Below, piece by piece: positions 10,233 through 18,975 of a stretch of 32,352 nucleotides of DNA. A model generated the notes under the pieces. The model saw only the letters and a list, made by a program, of their open reading frames with translations, ran no database searches and had not been told where the DNA came from. Source of the stretch: Nanobdellota archaeon. GTDB taxonomy: Archaea; Nanobdellota; Nanobdellia; Pacearchaeales; GW2011-AR1. Location: contig JBBSYF010000018.1 of assembly GCA_038045405.1 (NCBI GenBank), positions 1-32,352 on the forward strand, given 5' to 3'. The stretch's first letter is position 1; the number at the start of each line of letters is the position of its first letter. The position numbers and the translations under genes were made by a program.

Positions 10233-10450
10233 AATAGAATAATCAAAGGGTTATTTAAAAAGATTCATGTGGTGGATTATACTTTTTGATTGAGATAGCT
10301 TTATAAATTACTTATTTTTTAGTTTGATATGAATAATACTTCAAAAATATCTGAAAGTTTAGCCATCCCCATTTAGTAATCTCTTTAGTTTGGGTAGACC
10401 CCTCTAAAAAAATGTTGATTTTCATCTAAAACTCTTAATAAATATAAATC

Positions 10451-11443
10451 ATGGAAAAATCTTTGGACAAAGAATCTGTCGCAAGAAAAAACGTTCTTAG
10501 AAAGGGCTCTGAAGCAGAAGGGATAGCCGTTAAAGGATATGATTTCGATAAAGGTGTTGATTATAATGAGATTGTAAGAAGTTTTTCTTCAACAGGGTTC
10601 CAAGCTTCTCTTTTAGCAAAAGCTGTAGACATTACAAACAAGATGATTAAAGATAAGTCGTTTGTTTACTTAGGATATACTTCAAATATGGTGAGTTCTG
10701 GTTTGAGGGATGTTTTTAGATATCTTGTGAAAAATAAAAAAGTTAATCTTGTTGTAACGACAGCCGGGGCAGTAGAAGAAGATATTATGAAGTGTATGGG
10801 GGATTTTTTTCTGGGAGACTTTAAAGCCTCTGGTACTGAACTTAGAGAAAAAGGCATAAACAGGATAGGAAATATTTTTGTTTCAAACAGCAGATATGTT
10901 GAATTTGAAGAATTTTTTCAGGAACTCCTTGAAGAAATATACTCAGAACAGAAAAAAACAGGAAAGATAATCACGGCTTCAGAACTTGTTTGGAAACTTG
11001 GAGAAAAAATAAATGATGAAAGAAGTATTTGTTACTGGGCATGGAAAAATAAGATTAAAATTTTCTGTCCTGCAATTACTGACGGGGCTATTGGAGACAA
11101 CATTTGGTTCTTTAAGTATAGAAGACCGGACTTCATAATCGATGTTGCAGAAGACATCAAACAAATGAATGATTCTGTATTTGGACAGAAAAAGACAGGA
11201 GCTATCCTTCTTGGGTCTGGAGTCGCAAAACACCATATTCTTAACGCTAATATGTTCAAGAATGGACTTGATTATGCAGTCTACATAAATAACTCCCAAG
11301 AGTTTGATGGTAGTGATGCTGGTGCTTTGCCTGAAGAAGCTGTTTCATGGGGAAAAATTTTGCCGGGGGCTGAAAATGTAAAAGTTTTTGGAGATGCAAC
11401 GATTCTTTTTCCTCTGCTTGTTGCAGAAACCTTTGCTAAGTAA
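10451..11443 (+). CDS. dys: Deoxyhypusine synthase
   Basis: GFQAS, GYTSNMVSSGLR, TTAGAVEED, INRIGN, PAITDGAIGD, DGSDAGA.PEEAVSWGK, GDATILFP. Confidence 0.96.
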   Translation: MEKSLDKESVARKNVLRKGSEAEGIAVKGYDFDKGVDYNEIVRSFSSTGFQASLLAKAVDITNKMIKDKSFVYLGYTSNMVSSGLRDVFRYLVKNKKVNLVVTTAGAVEEDIMKCMGDFFLGDFKASGTELREKGINRIGNIFVSNSRYVEFEEFFQELLEEIYSEQKKTGKIITASELVWKLGEKINDERSICYWAWKNKIKIFCPAITDGAIGDNIWFFKYRRPDFIIDVAEDIKQMNDSVFGQKKTGAILLGSGVAKHHILNANMFKNGLDYAVYINNSQEFDGSDAGALPEEAVSWGKILPGAENVKVFGDATILFPLLVAETFAK

Positions 11444-11503
11444 GACTTTTACTACTGATTTTTCCTCAAAAAAATTTATATACAAGAGGTGTTTGTAATC
11501 TTT

Positions 11504-12682
11504 ATGACGGATGAAAAAAAACAAGACTTTGAAATCATAATTACTCCTGGGGACATTAGTCAAGGAATAGTCCCTGTGAATGTTGATGATGATTTAAAAG
11601 AAACCTTCTATGACTTAAGCCCGAGTACCGACTTCGCAAGAGTATTTGACTTAGAGAAAAAAGATTTTCTTGATGTTTTGAAAATTTTCTCTCCCGGGAC
11701 TGCTATAAGAACTGCTCTCGACGATATCCTTCGAGCTCAAATGGGTGCATTAATCGTATTAGAAAAAGAAAGCTTACAAGGAATTCTAGAAGGCGGATTT
11801 AAAATTAACTGCAGATTTAGCCCTCAAAAACTAGTAGAACTTGCAAAAATGGATGGGGCTATCATCCTTTCAGAAGATCTAAAAAAAATTGTGTATGCAA
11901 ACGTACTTTTAACTCCAAGTGCAAAAGTAACAACAAGCGAAACAGGTACAAGGCACAAAGCAGCAGAAAGAACTGCTAAGCAAATTGGAACAATAGCTAT
12001 TGCTGTTTCTGAAAGAAGAAAAAAGATAACTCTTTATTTTAAAAATGAAAGTTATTTCCTTGAGGAAACATCAGAAATCTTAAGAAGAGCTGCAGAGACA
12101 TTACAGATTCTTGAAAAACAGGTTGATATGCTTAATGACCTCTTATCACATCTTAACATCCTTGAGATAACTAACCTTACAACTATGAGTGATGTTTGTA
12201 GTGTTTTACAAACCTTGGAAATGGTTAGACGAATTTCAGATATTGTTAAGAGATATCTAATTGAATTAGGAAAAGAAGGAACAATAGTAAGTATGAGACT
12301 AAAAGAGCTTACAAAAAACCTTAGCAAGGAGAGGGAGAAAATTATTGAAGATTACTTTGGAAGTAAGTCTACTGAAATTGACGAAATCTTGAAAAATATC
12401 AATTTCGACTTTTTATTGGAAACATCAAGTATCCTAAGAATTTTATTTTCAGAACTTCATGATAGACCTATTTCACCAAATGGAACAAGAATCATTGGGA
12501 AGACGAATATTTTTGAGAAAGATGCTGAAATAATACTAGACAATTTCAAAACTCTTGATAGAGTTTTCAATCTTGATAGAGAATCTATAAGACCTTTCTT
12601 TAAGAATGAGAACGTTGTTGATTCGATAATTAACGAAATAAGGAACTTAAAAGAGAAGATACTGATGGGTAAAAAGATTTAA
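11504..12682 (+). CDS. disA: DisA-type diadenylate cyclase (DAC domain plus DisA linker)
   Basis: PGTAIR.ALDDI, GALIV, ELAKMDGAIIL, ETGTRHKAAERTAKQ, VSERR, linker YLIELGKEG. ATG 11504 lies about 22 nt after TTTATATA (11475-11482). Confidence 0.88.
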   Translation: MTDEKKQDFEIIITPGDISQGIVPVNVDDDLKETFYDLSPSTDFARVFDLEKKDFLDVLKIFSPGTAIRTALDDILRAQMGALIVLEKESLQGILEGGFKINCRFSPQKLVELAKMDGAIILSEDLKKIVYANVLLTPSAKVTTSETGTRHKAAERTAKQIGTIAIAVSERRKKITLYFKNESYFLEETSEILRRAAETLQILEKQVDMLNDLLSHLNILEITNLTTMSDVCSVLQTLEMVRRISDIVKRYLIELGKEGTIVSMRLKELTKNLSKEREKIIEDYFGSKSTEIDEILKNINFDFLLETSSILRILFSELHDRPISPNGTRIIGKTNIFEKDAEIILDNFKTLDRVFNLDRESIRPFFKNENVVDSIINEIRNLKEKILMGKKI

Positions 12683-12728
12683 TTCTTCTATTAACAATTT
12701 TTATATACTGAAAAACCGGTTTATTCTT

Positions 12729-13784
12729 ATGCTTACAAAGAAACAAGTTACAGAAATAAAAGAACATCTGAATAAGGCACAAAATCCAGTTTTCTTCTTT
12801 GACAACGACCAAGATGGGCTTTGTTCTTTCCTTTTGCTTCAGCGTTATATTGAGCGCGGCAAAGGAGTGGCTATAAAGTCTTTTCCTGACCTTTCGGCAG
12901 AATATTTTAGAAAGGTTCATGAACTGAGTGCTGATTACATCTTTATCTTAGACAAGCCCGTTGTTTCTGATGAATTCTTTGCAGAGGCAGAGAAAACAAA
13001 CATTCCCGTTGTTTGGATAGACCATCATGTTGCAGATAAAGAAAAGATTCCTGATTTTGTCAGTTACTACAATCCTACACAAAATAAAAAAAAGACTGAT
13101 GAGCCCGTTACTGCGTTATGTTATCAAGTAACAAACAAGAAAGAAGACTTATGGCTTGCCATTGTTGGATGTATCTCTGACAGATATGTTCCAAAATTTT
13201 ACGCGAAGTTTGAAAAGAAGTATCCTGACTTAGCTTTAAAATCAACAGCAAAATCGAAAACTGCGGCCGATATTTTTTACAAATCTCAGATAGGAAAAAT
13301 AACCAAGATACTTGGCTTTGGACTTAAAGATAGTATAACGAACGTCGTTGGTATGATTAAATTTTTAATGAAGGTTAAGAATCCGGATGAGGTTCTTGAA
13401 GATAATACTAAAACTCGCGCCATGCATCACAGATTTGAGCAAGTTGAATCAAAATATCAGAGCGCACTGAAGAAAGCGATTTCTATCGGAAAAGATTCTG
13501 AAAAGATTTTGTTTTTTCAGTACGGCGGTGATCTGAGTATGAGTAGTGATTTGTCAAATGAATTAATGTACAATTTTCCAGAGAAGATAATAATTGTTGT
13601 TTACATGAAAGGGGCGAAAGCGAATATTTCTGTTAGGGGCAAAAAAGCTAAATTGTTTTTCTTGAAAGCTATTGAGGATATAGACGGTGCTATGGGTGGC
13701 GGGCACGAAGTTGCTGTCGGAGGACAGATGAAAATTGAAGATGTTGAAAAATTCAAAGAAAACATGGAAAAAGTTGTTCACTAA
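12729..13784 (+). CDS. DHH/DHHA1-family phosphoesterase
   Basis: DNDQDG (motif I), ILD (motif II), IDHH (motif III), ISD, and C-terminal SVR...GGGHEVAVG (DHHA1). Confidence 0.88.
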   Translation: MLTKKQVTEIKEHLNKAQNPVFFFDNDQDGLCSFLLLQRYIERGKGVAIKSFPDLSAEYFRKVHELSADYIFILDKPVVSDEFFAEAEKTNIPVVWIDHHVADKEKIPDFVSYYNPTQNKKKTDEPVTALCYQVTNKKEDLWLAIVGCISDRYVPKFYAKFEKKYPDLALKSTAKSKTAADIFYKSQIGKITKILGFGLKDSITNVVGMIKFLMKVKNPDEVLEDNTKTRAMHHRFEQVESKYQSALKKAISIGKDSEKILFFQYGGDLSMSSDLSNELMYNFPEKIIIVVYMKGAKANISVRGKKAKLFFLKAIEDIDGAMGGGHEVAVGGQMKIEDVEKFKENMEKVVH

Positions 13785-13839
13785 ACAATGAAGATTAATC
13801 TTCAGAAAAATATAAAAAGAGGTTTTCTTTGTATTTGGT

Positions 13840-13926
13840 ATGGATGCAGGGTTAATTAGCCAAGACTGGAATTTTAACCTAGCATGCACTATAAAGTCAA
13901 TTAAATACAATAATTACTCAATTTAA
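13840..13926 (+). CDS. Possible 28-aa leaderless small ORF MDAGLISQDWNFNLACTIKSIKYNNYSI
   Basis: ATG lies about 22 nt after BRE/TATA-like GAAAAATATAAAAA (13805-13818). Too short for the ORF track; overlaps hairpins. Confidence 0.3.
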   Translation: MDAGLISQDWNFNLACTIKSIKYNNYSI

Positions 13927-13962
13927 TTCAGCGTTTTTCCTTTGCGCCTGGATTGAATTGAG
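13917..13962 (+). other. Long RNA hairpin (15-bp stem with two G-U pairs)
   Basis: CTCAATTTAATTCAG pairs with CTGGATTGAATTGAG. Both non-Watson-Crick positions are G-U on the + strand. Confidence 0.6.
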
Positions 13963-14031
13963 ATATACTTCTTAGTTAATTTAGGCTCAGGAAATTCTTC
14001 TGGATTATCTTTATGTAATTACAAACAAAAG

Positions 14032-14163
14032 ATGAGACGAGAACAAGAATTGGAACTTGTGAATGTTGCGGAAGAAGACTTGGAAAGAGAACTCAACTCT
14101 TTATTTGCGATAACGTTGAGACTTGAATACGAGCTTGAAACTGCAACACTTCAAGAGAATTAA
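14032..14163 (+). CDS. Small acidic helical protein, 43 aa (MRREQELELVNVAEEDLERELNSLFAITLRLEYELETATLQEN)
   Basis: Clean ATG..TAA frame with coding-like GAA/CTT codon usage in an otherwise empty intergenic region. Confidence 0.6.
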   Translation: MRREQELELVNVAEEDLERELNSLFAITLRLEYELETATLQEN

Positions 14164-14325
14164 TCTAATCAATAGCTAAGAATTTGCTCTTAGTAGTTGG
14201 TGTTTTAAAATGTTTTTAGGTATACAACAACTGCAACTCACATAAATCAGTTAAAAACTTTTAATGATAAAACTTACATTACTTAAATTGATATCTCTTT
14301 AATTTCCTGCAATATATTCTCAAAA

Positions 14326-15792
14326 TCAATAAACTTTACCAAAATAACAGACTGTTTTTGTTGGCTTGTTACATGAAAAACATTTTGCTTCTTTAGAGTT
14401 TTTCTCTAAAGGCATATTAATACTCTTTACGCCTTCTGACTGCTCTTTGATTCTTTCTTCACATTTAGAATCTCCGCAAAAGAAGGCTCTTGCAACTTTT
14501 TGATTTGAGATTGCTTTGTTTAATTCAGCTATGTTCTTGACATCTGTGATTTTTTCATCAAAGTCACTCTTCGCCTTTTTGAACATAGAATCCTGAATTT
14601 CTTCCAAAGTTTTTTCTATTTCTTTTATCAAATTTGATTCTTTGAATTCTAATTTTTTCCCATTATCTCTTCTGACTGCTGTAACTTGCTTCTTTTCTAC
14701 GTCTCTTGGACCAACCTCAACTCTTATTGGAATTCCCTTAAGTTCCCACTCACCGAATTTTCTTCCAGGGTTGTAATCTCTATCATCTAATAAAGGATTG
14801 AATTTCTCAAGTTTATTTGAAATTTCTTTTGCCTTTTTTAGAACTTCTTGTTCTTTGCCTTTGAACAGCAAAGGAATTATCACTACCTTATTATACGCAA
14901 CTTTTGGAGGAAGAACTAAGCCGTGGTCGTCCCCATGAGCCATTATAACTGCACCGATTAAACGAGTTGATATCCCCCATGAATTCTGCCAAGGTACGCT
15001 CTTCTTTTCATTTCTGTCTAAGAAAGAAATACCAAAAGATTTTGCAAAACCCTGTCCGAGATTGTGAGAAGTACCCATCTGCAAAGTTTTTCCATCAGGC
15101 ATGATTCCATCTACACTTAAAGTGTAAAAAGCTCCCGAGAATTTTTCCTTTTCTGTTTTTCTACCAACAAGAACTGGAATGGCTAAAATTTCTTCACATG
15201 TTTTCCTGTACTCCTCTAAGAATTGTAAAGTTTCTTTATCACACTCCTCTTTTGTTTCGTAAACACAGTGTCCTTCTTGCCATAGGAATTCTCTCGTTCT
15301 AAGAAAAAGACGCGTTGCCTTAGTCTCCCAACGAACAACATTACACCATTGGTTTATTCTCAAAGGTAAATCTCTCCAAGATCTTATCCATTTTGAGTAG
15401 GAGTCATACATTATTGTTTCTGAAGTTGGACGTATGGCTAGTCTTTCTGTCGTGTTCTCATCTTTGTTAGAAATCCATGCAACTTCTGGCGCAAATCCTT
15501 TTGCATGCTCCGACTCTTTTTTGAAAAAAGATTCTGGAATTAAAAGAGGGAAGTAAGCATTTCTCACGCCCAAGGTTTTAATTCTTTGATCAAAGTAAGA
15601 CTGAATCTGTTCCCATATTGAATACGCATTTGGCCTTATTACCATGAATCCCTTAACATCACTGTAATCTGCAAGTTCCGCCTTTTGAACTACTTGATTG
15701 TACCACTCAGAAAAGTTTTCGCCTTTCTTTATTGTTAAACCTTCTTGGGACTTTGACTTTTGATCTTTTGGTTGTTCTGATTTTTTTGTCAT
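14326..15792 (-). CDS. proS: Proline--tRNA ligase (archaeal/eukaryotic type)
   Basis: FSEWY, GFAPEVAW, IRPTSET, QWCNVVRWE, FLRTREFLWQEGH, TSHNLGQ, SWGISTR, C-terminal Zn-binding Cys residues. Confidence 0.97.
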   Translation of the reverse strand: MTKKSEQPKDQKSKSQEGLTIKKGENFSEWYNQVVQKAELADYSDVKGFMVIRPNAYSIWEQIQSYFDQRIKTLGVRNAYFPLLIPESFFKKESEHAKGFAPEVAWISNKDENTTERLAIRPTSETIMYDSYSKWIRSWRDLPLRINQWCNVVRWETKATRLFLRTREFLWQEGHCVYETKEECDKETLQFLEEYRKTCEEILAIPVLVGRKTEKEKFSGAFYTLSVDGIMPDGKTLQMGTSHNLGQGFAKSFGISFLDRNEKKSVPWQNSWGISTRLIGAVIMAHGDDHGLVLPPKVAYNKVVIIPLLFKGKEQEVLKKAKEISNKLEKFNPLLDDRDYNPGRKFGEWELKGIPIRVEVGPRDVEKKQVTAVRRDNGKKLEFKESNLIKEIEKTLEEIQDSMFKKAKSDFDEKITDVKNIAELNKAISNQKVARAFFCGDSKCEERIKEQSEGVKSINMPLEKNSKEAKCFSCNKPTKTVCYFGKVY

Positions 15793-15793
15793 T

Positions 15794-16699
15794 TTATATT
15801 AGATTCTCTGCAAATTCTTTTTGATAAATTTCGTTTACTGCTTCTTTTATATGATTTGATTCTAAAGCAAATCCAAGACTCTCACTGTTCCCTGCTTTAA
15901 AGTTGTTTATTCCTATCACTTTTCCATCTGTGTTTATTAAAGGACCACCAGAATTTCCCGGATTTAATGCAGCATCAGTTTGAATGTAATAATTAAGATC
16001 ATTAGGACCTGTTCTATGAATTGCGGAGACAATGCCCTGTGAGACTGAAAATTGAAGCCCAAGAGGATTTCCTATTGCTATTACTTTTTCTCCAACTTGG
16101 ACGTTGTCAGAATTGTCAAGTTTTAAAGGAGTGTAATTTCCTTCAATCCTCAACAGTGCAATATCAAGATCTGAGTTATAACCAAGAATACTGACTTTAT
16201 GGTTTTGGTTGTCTGAAGTTATGATTGTTGCCGCTTTTGCGTTTTCAACAACATGATAATTTGTTACGACGTACCCATCATTGCTTATTAAGAATCCTGT
16301 TCCTTGAGAGATGTCAGTTCTTACCGTTACGACTCCCGTAACTGTTGTTTCTATTACCGCCGAGAAATCTGCACCAGCAGAGGCCTTTAAAGAAGTAAAC
16401 TCTTCGCTGATAATTCCTAACTGGGAGTTTATTTTTACAAAGTCTTTATTCGATTGGATAAGGCTCTCTGATAGTGTGTTTATGTTGATGTTTGTTTCTG
16501 TCTTTAAGTCATTGATTTTTTTGTTGAGCATACTGTTGTAGAGTTCTTGTTTAGTAAAAATCATGTAAGAAAAGACACTTAGAGCAATCAGAAGGATTAT
16601 CATTAATGAAGAACCCCCAATAATTAGCTTTTTATGGTGAGGTTTAAGGATGATATGACTATGAACTACGGGCCTTGAATAATAGTATTTTGGTGGCAT
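15794..16699 (-). CDS. Membrane-anchored trypsin-like (HtrA/DegP-type) serine protease without PDZ domain
   Basis: TM segment and coiled coil, then GTGF, TNYHVV (His), DIALL (Asp), GNPLG, QTDAALNPGNSGGP (Ser). Confidence 0.92.
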   Translation of the reverse strand: MPPKYYYSRPVVHSHIILKPHHKKLIIGGSSLMIILLIALSVFSYMIFTKQELYNSMLNKKINDLKTETNININTLSESLIQSNKDFVKINSQLGIISEEFTSLKASAGADFSAVIETTVTGVVTVRTDISQGTGFLISNDGYVVTNYHVVENAKAATIITSDNQNHKVSILGYNSDLDIALLRIEGNYTPLKLDNSDNVQVGEKVIAIGNPLGLQFSVSQGIVSAIHRTGPNDLNYYIQTDAALNPGNSGGPLINTDGKVIGINNFKAGNSESLGFALESNHIKEAVNEIYQKEFAENLI

Positions 16700-16707
16700 A
16701 TTTTAAA

Positions 16708-17409
16708 TTACCTTTTCATGTTTATTAATTTTCCCTCTCTCATATACTCGTAAATAGGCCCCGCCAAGGCTCCAATGAACATGTAATGAATCATGTCATC
16801 AATTGGTACATTTAGAATTATTATCTCTGGCGTATTTTGCCATAGCCAAAATGCGTTAATCCAACCCGGAGTTATAAGTTCAATAAAGGTATAGACTACA
16901 ATAACAATTGGAATCATCAAAATTCCTGATAAAATGCTGTTTTTTATCAAATCTTTTCTTTTGTAGAGGATAACTAATAATGGCGCCGAAAAACATATTA
17001 AAGAGCTGATGAAACTATTGATTCCCAGAATATAAAAAGACCCAAAGAAGAAAATTGCACCAATAACTGCTAAATTGAAAAACTTAATGTCCCCCTTTAC
17101 CTCGAAAATCTTTTTCTTTTGCTTTAATCTTTTTTTGAACAAAATTTCATAAGGCACAGAAGCAACTCCGCCAATAAAAAAAGCTACTATCAAAGACTCA
17201 AGAATTGCCGTTCTTGTCCCGTCAAAGAAAGATATTGGGTGCCACCAATCCTGTACAAAAAGAAAATTTAATGCTGGTCCGGTGATACTTATGAGTGTGG
17301 AGCAAATTATCATCTCTTTTCTAGTATCTTTTCTAATCAGAAATAATAAAAACCAAACTAAAGAAAATCCAAGGGCCATTAACAAATATGTATACTGATA
17401 GCTTATCAT
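16708..17409 (-). CDS. Polytopic membrane protein, lycopene-cyclase-domain-like
   Basis: Two repeated halves (RKDTRK / RKDLIK; DWWHP...ILES / W.W...VPIDD). ATG at 17409 preferred because the longer ORF overlaps the tRNA. Confidence 0.55.
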   Translation of the reverse strand: MISYQYTYLLMALGFSLVWFLLFLIRKDTRKEMIICSTLISITGPALNFLFVQDWWHPISFFDGTRTAILESLIVAFFIGGVASVPYEILFKKRLKQKKKIFEVKGDIKFFNLAVIGAIFFFGSFYILGINSFISSLICFSAPLLVILYKRKDLIKNSILSGILMIPIVIVVYTFIELITPGWINAFWLWQNTPEIIILNVPIDDMIHYMFIGALAGPIYEYMREGKLINMKR

Positions 17410-17476
17410 TTTCTCTTTTCTAAAGGAGGAAAAGATTAAGATATAAAAACCTAACCCTCTATATTTTTTAAACAGG

Positions 17477-17548
17477 GGGCACATAGTTTAATGGACAGAA
17501 TCACGGGTTTCGGCCCCGTGGATGGAGGTTCGATTCCTCCTGTGCTCA
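17477..17548 (+). tRNA. tRNA-Arg (anticodon TCG), CCA not encoded
   Basis: Acceptor GGGCACA/TGTGCTC+A, D arm GTTT..GAAT, anticodon stem ACGGG/CCCGT with loop TT-TCG-GC, T arm GGAGG-TTCGATT-CCTCC. Confidence 0.95.
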
Positions 17549-17662
17549 TGAACGAAGTGAATGGGAAAAGGGACGAAGTCTACTTCAGTCCTGTGCTCAT
17601 GACGCGAACTTCCTGTTCGCGGATGTCCTGAACGAAGCTGACGCGAACTTCCTGTTCGCGGA
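17538..17662. repeat. Duplicated tRNA 3' end plus two copies of a 24-bp hairpin repeat
   Basis: TCCTGTGCTCATGA at 17538-17551 and 17589-17602. TGACGCGAACTTCCTGTTCGCGGA at 17600-17623 and 17639-17662, each with a CGCGAAC/GTTCGCG stem. Confidence 0.85.
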
Positions 17663-17700
17663 AATTATGGAAAATTTGGAATTTTCAGATATGACGAAAA

Positions 17701-18975
17701 ATGCAAAAAACAAACGCAACTCCTGGAGACTTAGTTGAAGTTCATCTGACTAAAGTTATTTATGAAGGAATTCTTCTTGAAAGCCCTGAGGGTGAAAAAG
17801 GCACAGTTCTTTTGAAGCTTGATTCTGGTTATAACATAGGACTGAACAGAAAAGATATCCTTGAAATTAAACTTGTTAAGAAGTTTGAGAAAAAAGAAGA
17901 AAAGTTCGAATTGCAGAAAAACAAAGACAAGCCCAACATTGCAATGATAATTACTGGGGGGACTATTGCTGCCCGTTTGAATCCAAGAAAAGGAGGTGTT
18001 GATTGGCTTGATACTCCTGAAAGTTTGTTCAAATTTTATCCCGAGATTTTTGAAAAAGTCAACGTCGTGAAAGTTGAAGTTCCTTTTATGAAAGCCTCTG
18101 AAGATATGGACTTTAAGGATTGGCAAAAAATCGCGAAAGCTGCTGAGAAACTTTTGAATGATTCAGAAATAAAAGGAGTAATAGTGACTCACGGGACTGA
18201 CTTCTTACATTACACTGCTGCAGCATTGAGTTTTTTCTTGAGAAATTTAAGCAAACCAGTTGTACTTACATACAGCCAGAGAAGTATTGACAGAGCAAGT
18301 AGCGATGCAAATCTTAATCTTCAGTGTGCAGCTCTTGCTGCTATTTCTGATATGGCCGAGGTAATGCTTGTCGGACATGCTACTACGAACGATGATTACT
18401 GCTATGCAATGCCCGGCACGAAAGTAAGGAAGATGCACACTTCAAGAAGAGACGCGTTCAAGGTGATAAACGCGAAACCATTTGCTAAGATTTTTCCAGA
18501 CAGAATTGAGAGAATTTCTGAATATAAAATAAGAAATAAAAATAAAGTAAAGGCAGACCCTAAGTTTGAGGAGAAAGTTGCTTTGGTTAAAGTTTATCCC
18601 GGACAAAGCCCAGACATTTTAGACTTTTACTTGAAGAATAAGTATAAGGGTATTATCTTGGAGCTTTCTGGGCTGGGGCATGCGCCTTCGTCGAGAGCAA
18701 GAAAAGGATGGACAAAGAAACTCAAGGAAATTCAAAGAAGAGGAGTGATTGTTTGTGCTGCTGCTCAAACGATTTACGGACGCTTAGATCCTTTGGTTTA
18801 TTCCAACGGGAGAGAACTAATGGAAACTGGAATGATTTTCCTTGAAGATATGCTCGCAGAAACTGCGTTTGTGAAGCTCGGATATGTACTTGCTCATCCA
18901 GAATGGAAAGACAGAATAAAAGAAAAAATGTTAGAAAACATGGCTAGTGAACTTAATTCTCGACTAGAAGATTGA
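17701..18975 (+). CDS. gatD: Glutamyl-tRNA(Gln) amidotransferase subunit D
   Basis: N-terminal LKLDSGYNIG domain, asparaginase-like TGGTIA and HGTD, SQRSIDRASSD, VRKMHTSRRDAF, GLGH, DMLAETAFVKL. Confidence 0.95.
   Translation: MQKTNATPGDLVEVHLTKVIYEGILLESPEGEKGTVLLKLDSGYNIGLNRKDILEIKLVKKFEKKEEKFELQKNKDKPNIAMIITGGTIAARLNPRKGGVDWLDTPESLFKFYPEIFEKVNVVKVEVPFMKASEDMDFKDWQKIAKAAEKLLNDSEIKGVIVTHGTDFLHYTAAALSFFLRNLSKPVVLTYSQRSIDRASSDANLNLQCAALAAISDMAEVMLVGHATTNDDYCYAMPGTKVRKMHTSRRDAFKVINAKPFAKIFPDRIERISEYKIRNKNKVKADPKFEEKVALVKVYPGQSPDILDFYLKNKYKGIILELSGLGHAPSSRARKGWTKKLKEIQRRGVIVCAAAQTIYGRLDPLVYSNGRELMETGMIFLEDMLAETAFVKLGYVLAHPEWKDRIKEKMLENMASELNSRLED

Noticed and set aside
10329-10376. 15-codon ORF MNNTSKISESLAIPI after a TATA-like TTTATAAA, faintly like the start of a LAGLIDADG protein
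   Set aside because: Too short, with no catalytic motif and no duplicated neighbouring terminus, so it cannot be supported as a remnant.
16708-17409. Carotenoid biosynthesis inferred from the lycopene-cyclase-like protein
   Set aside because: No crt genes are nearby and the family resemblance is weak, so function is not assignable.
17549-17662. CRISPR array (24-bp palindromic repeat twice)
   Set aside because: Only two copies with a 15-nt spacer, and no cas genes in the window.
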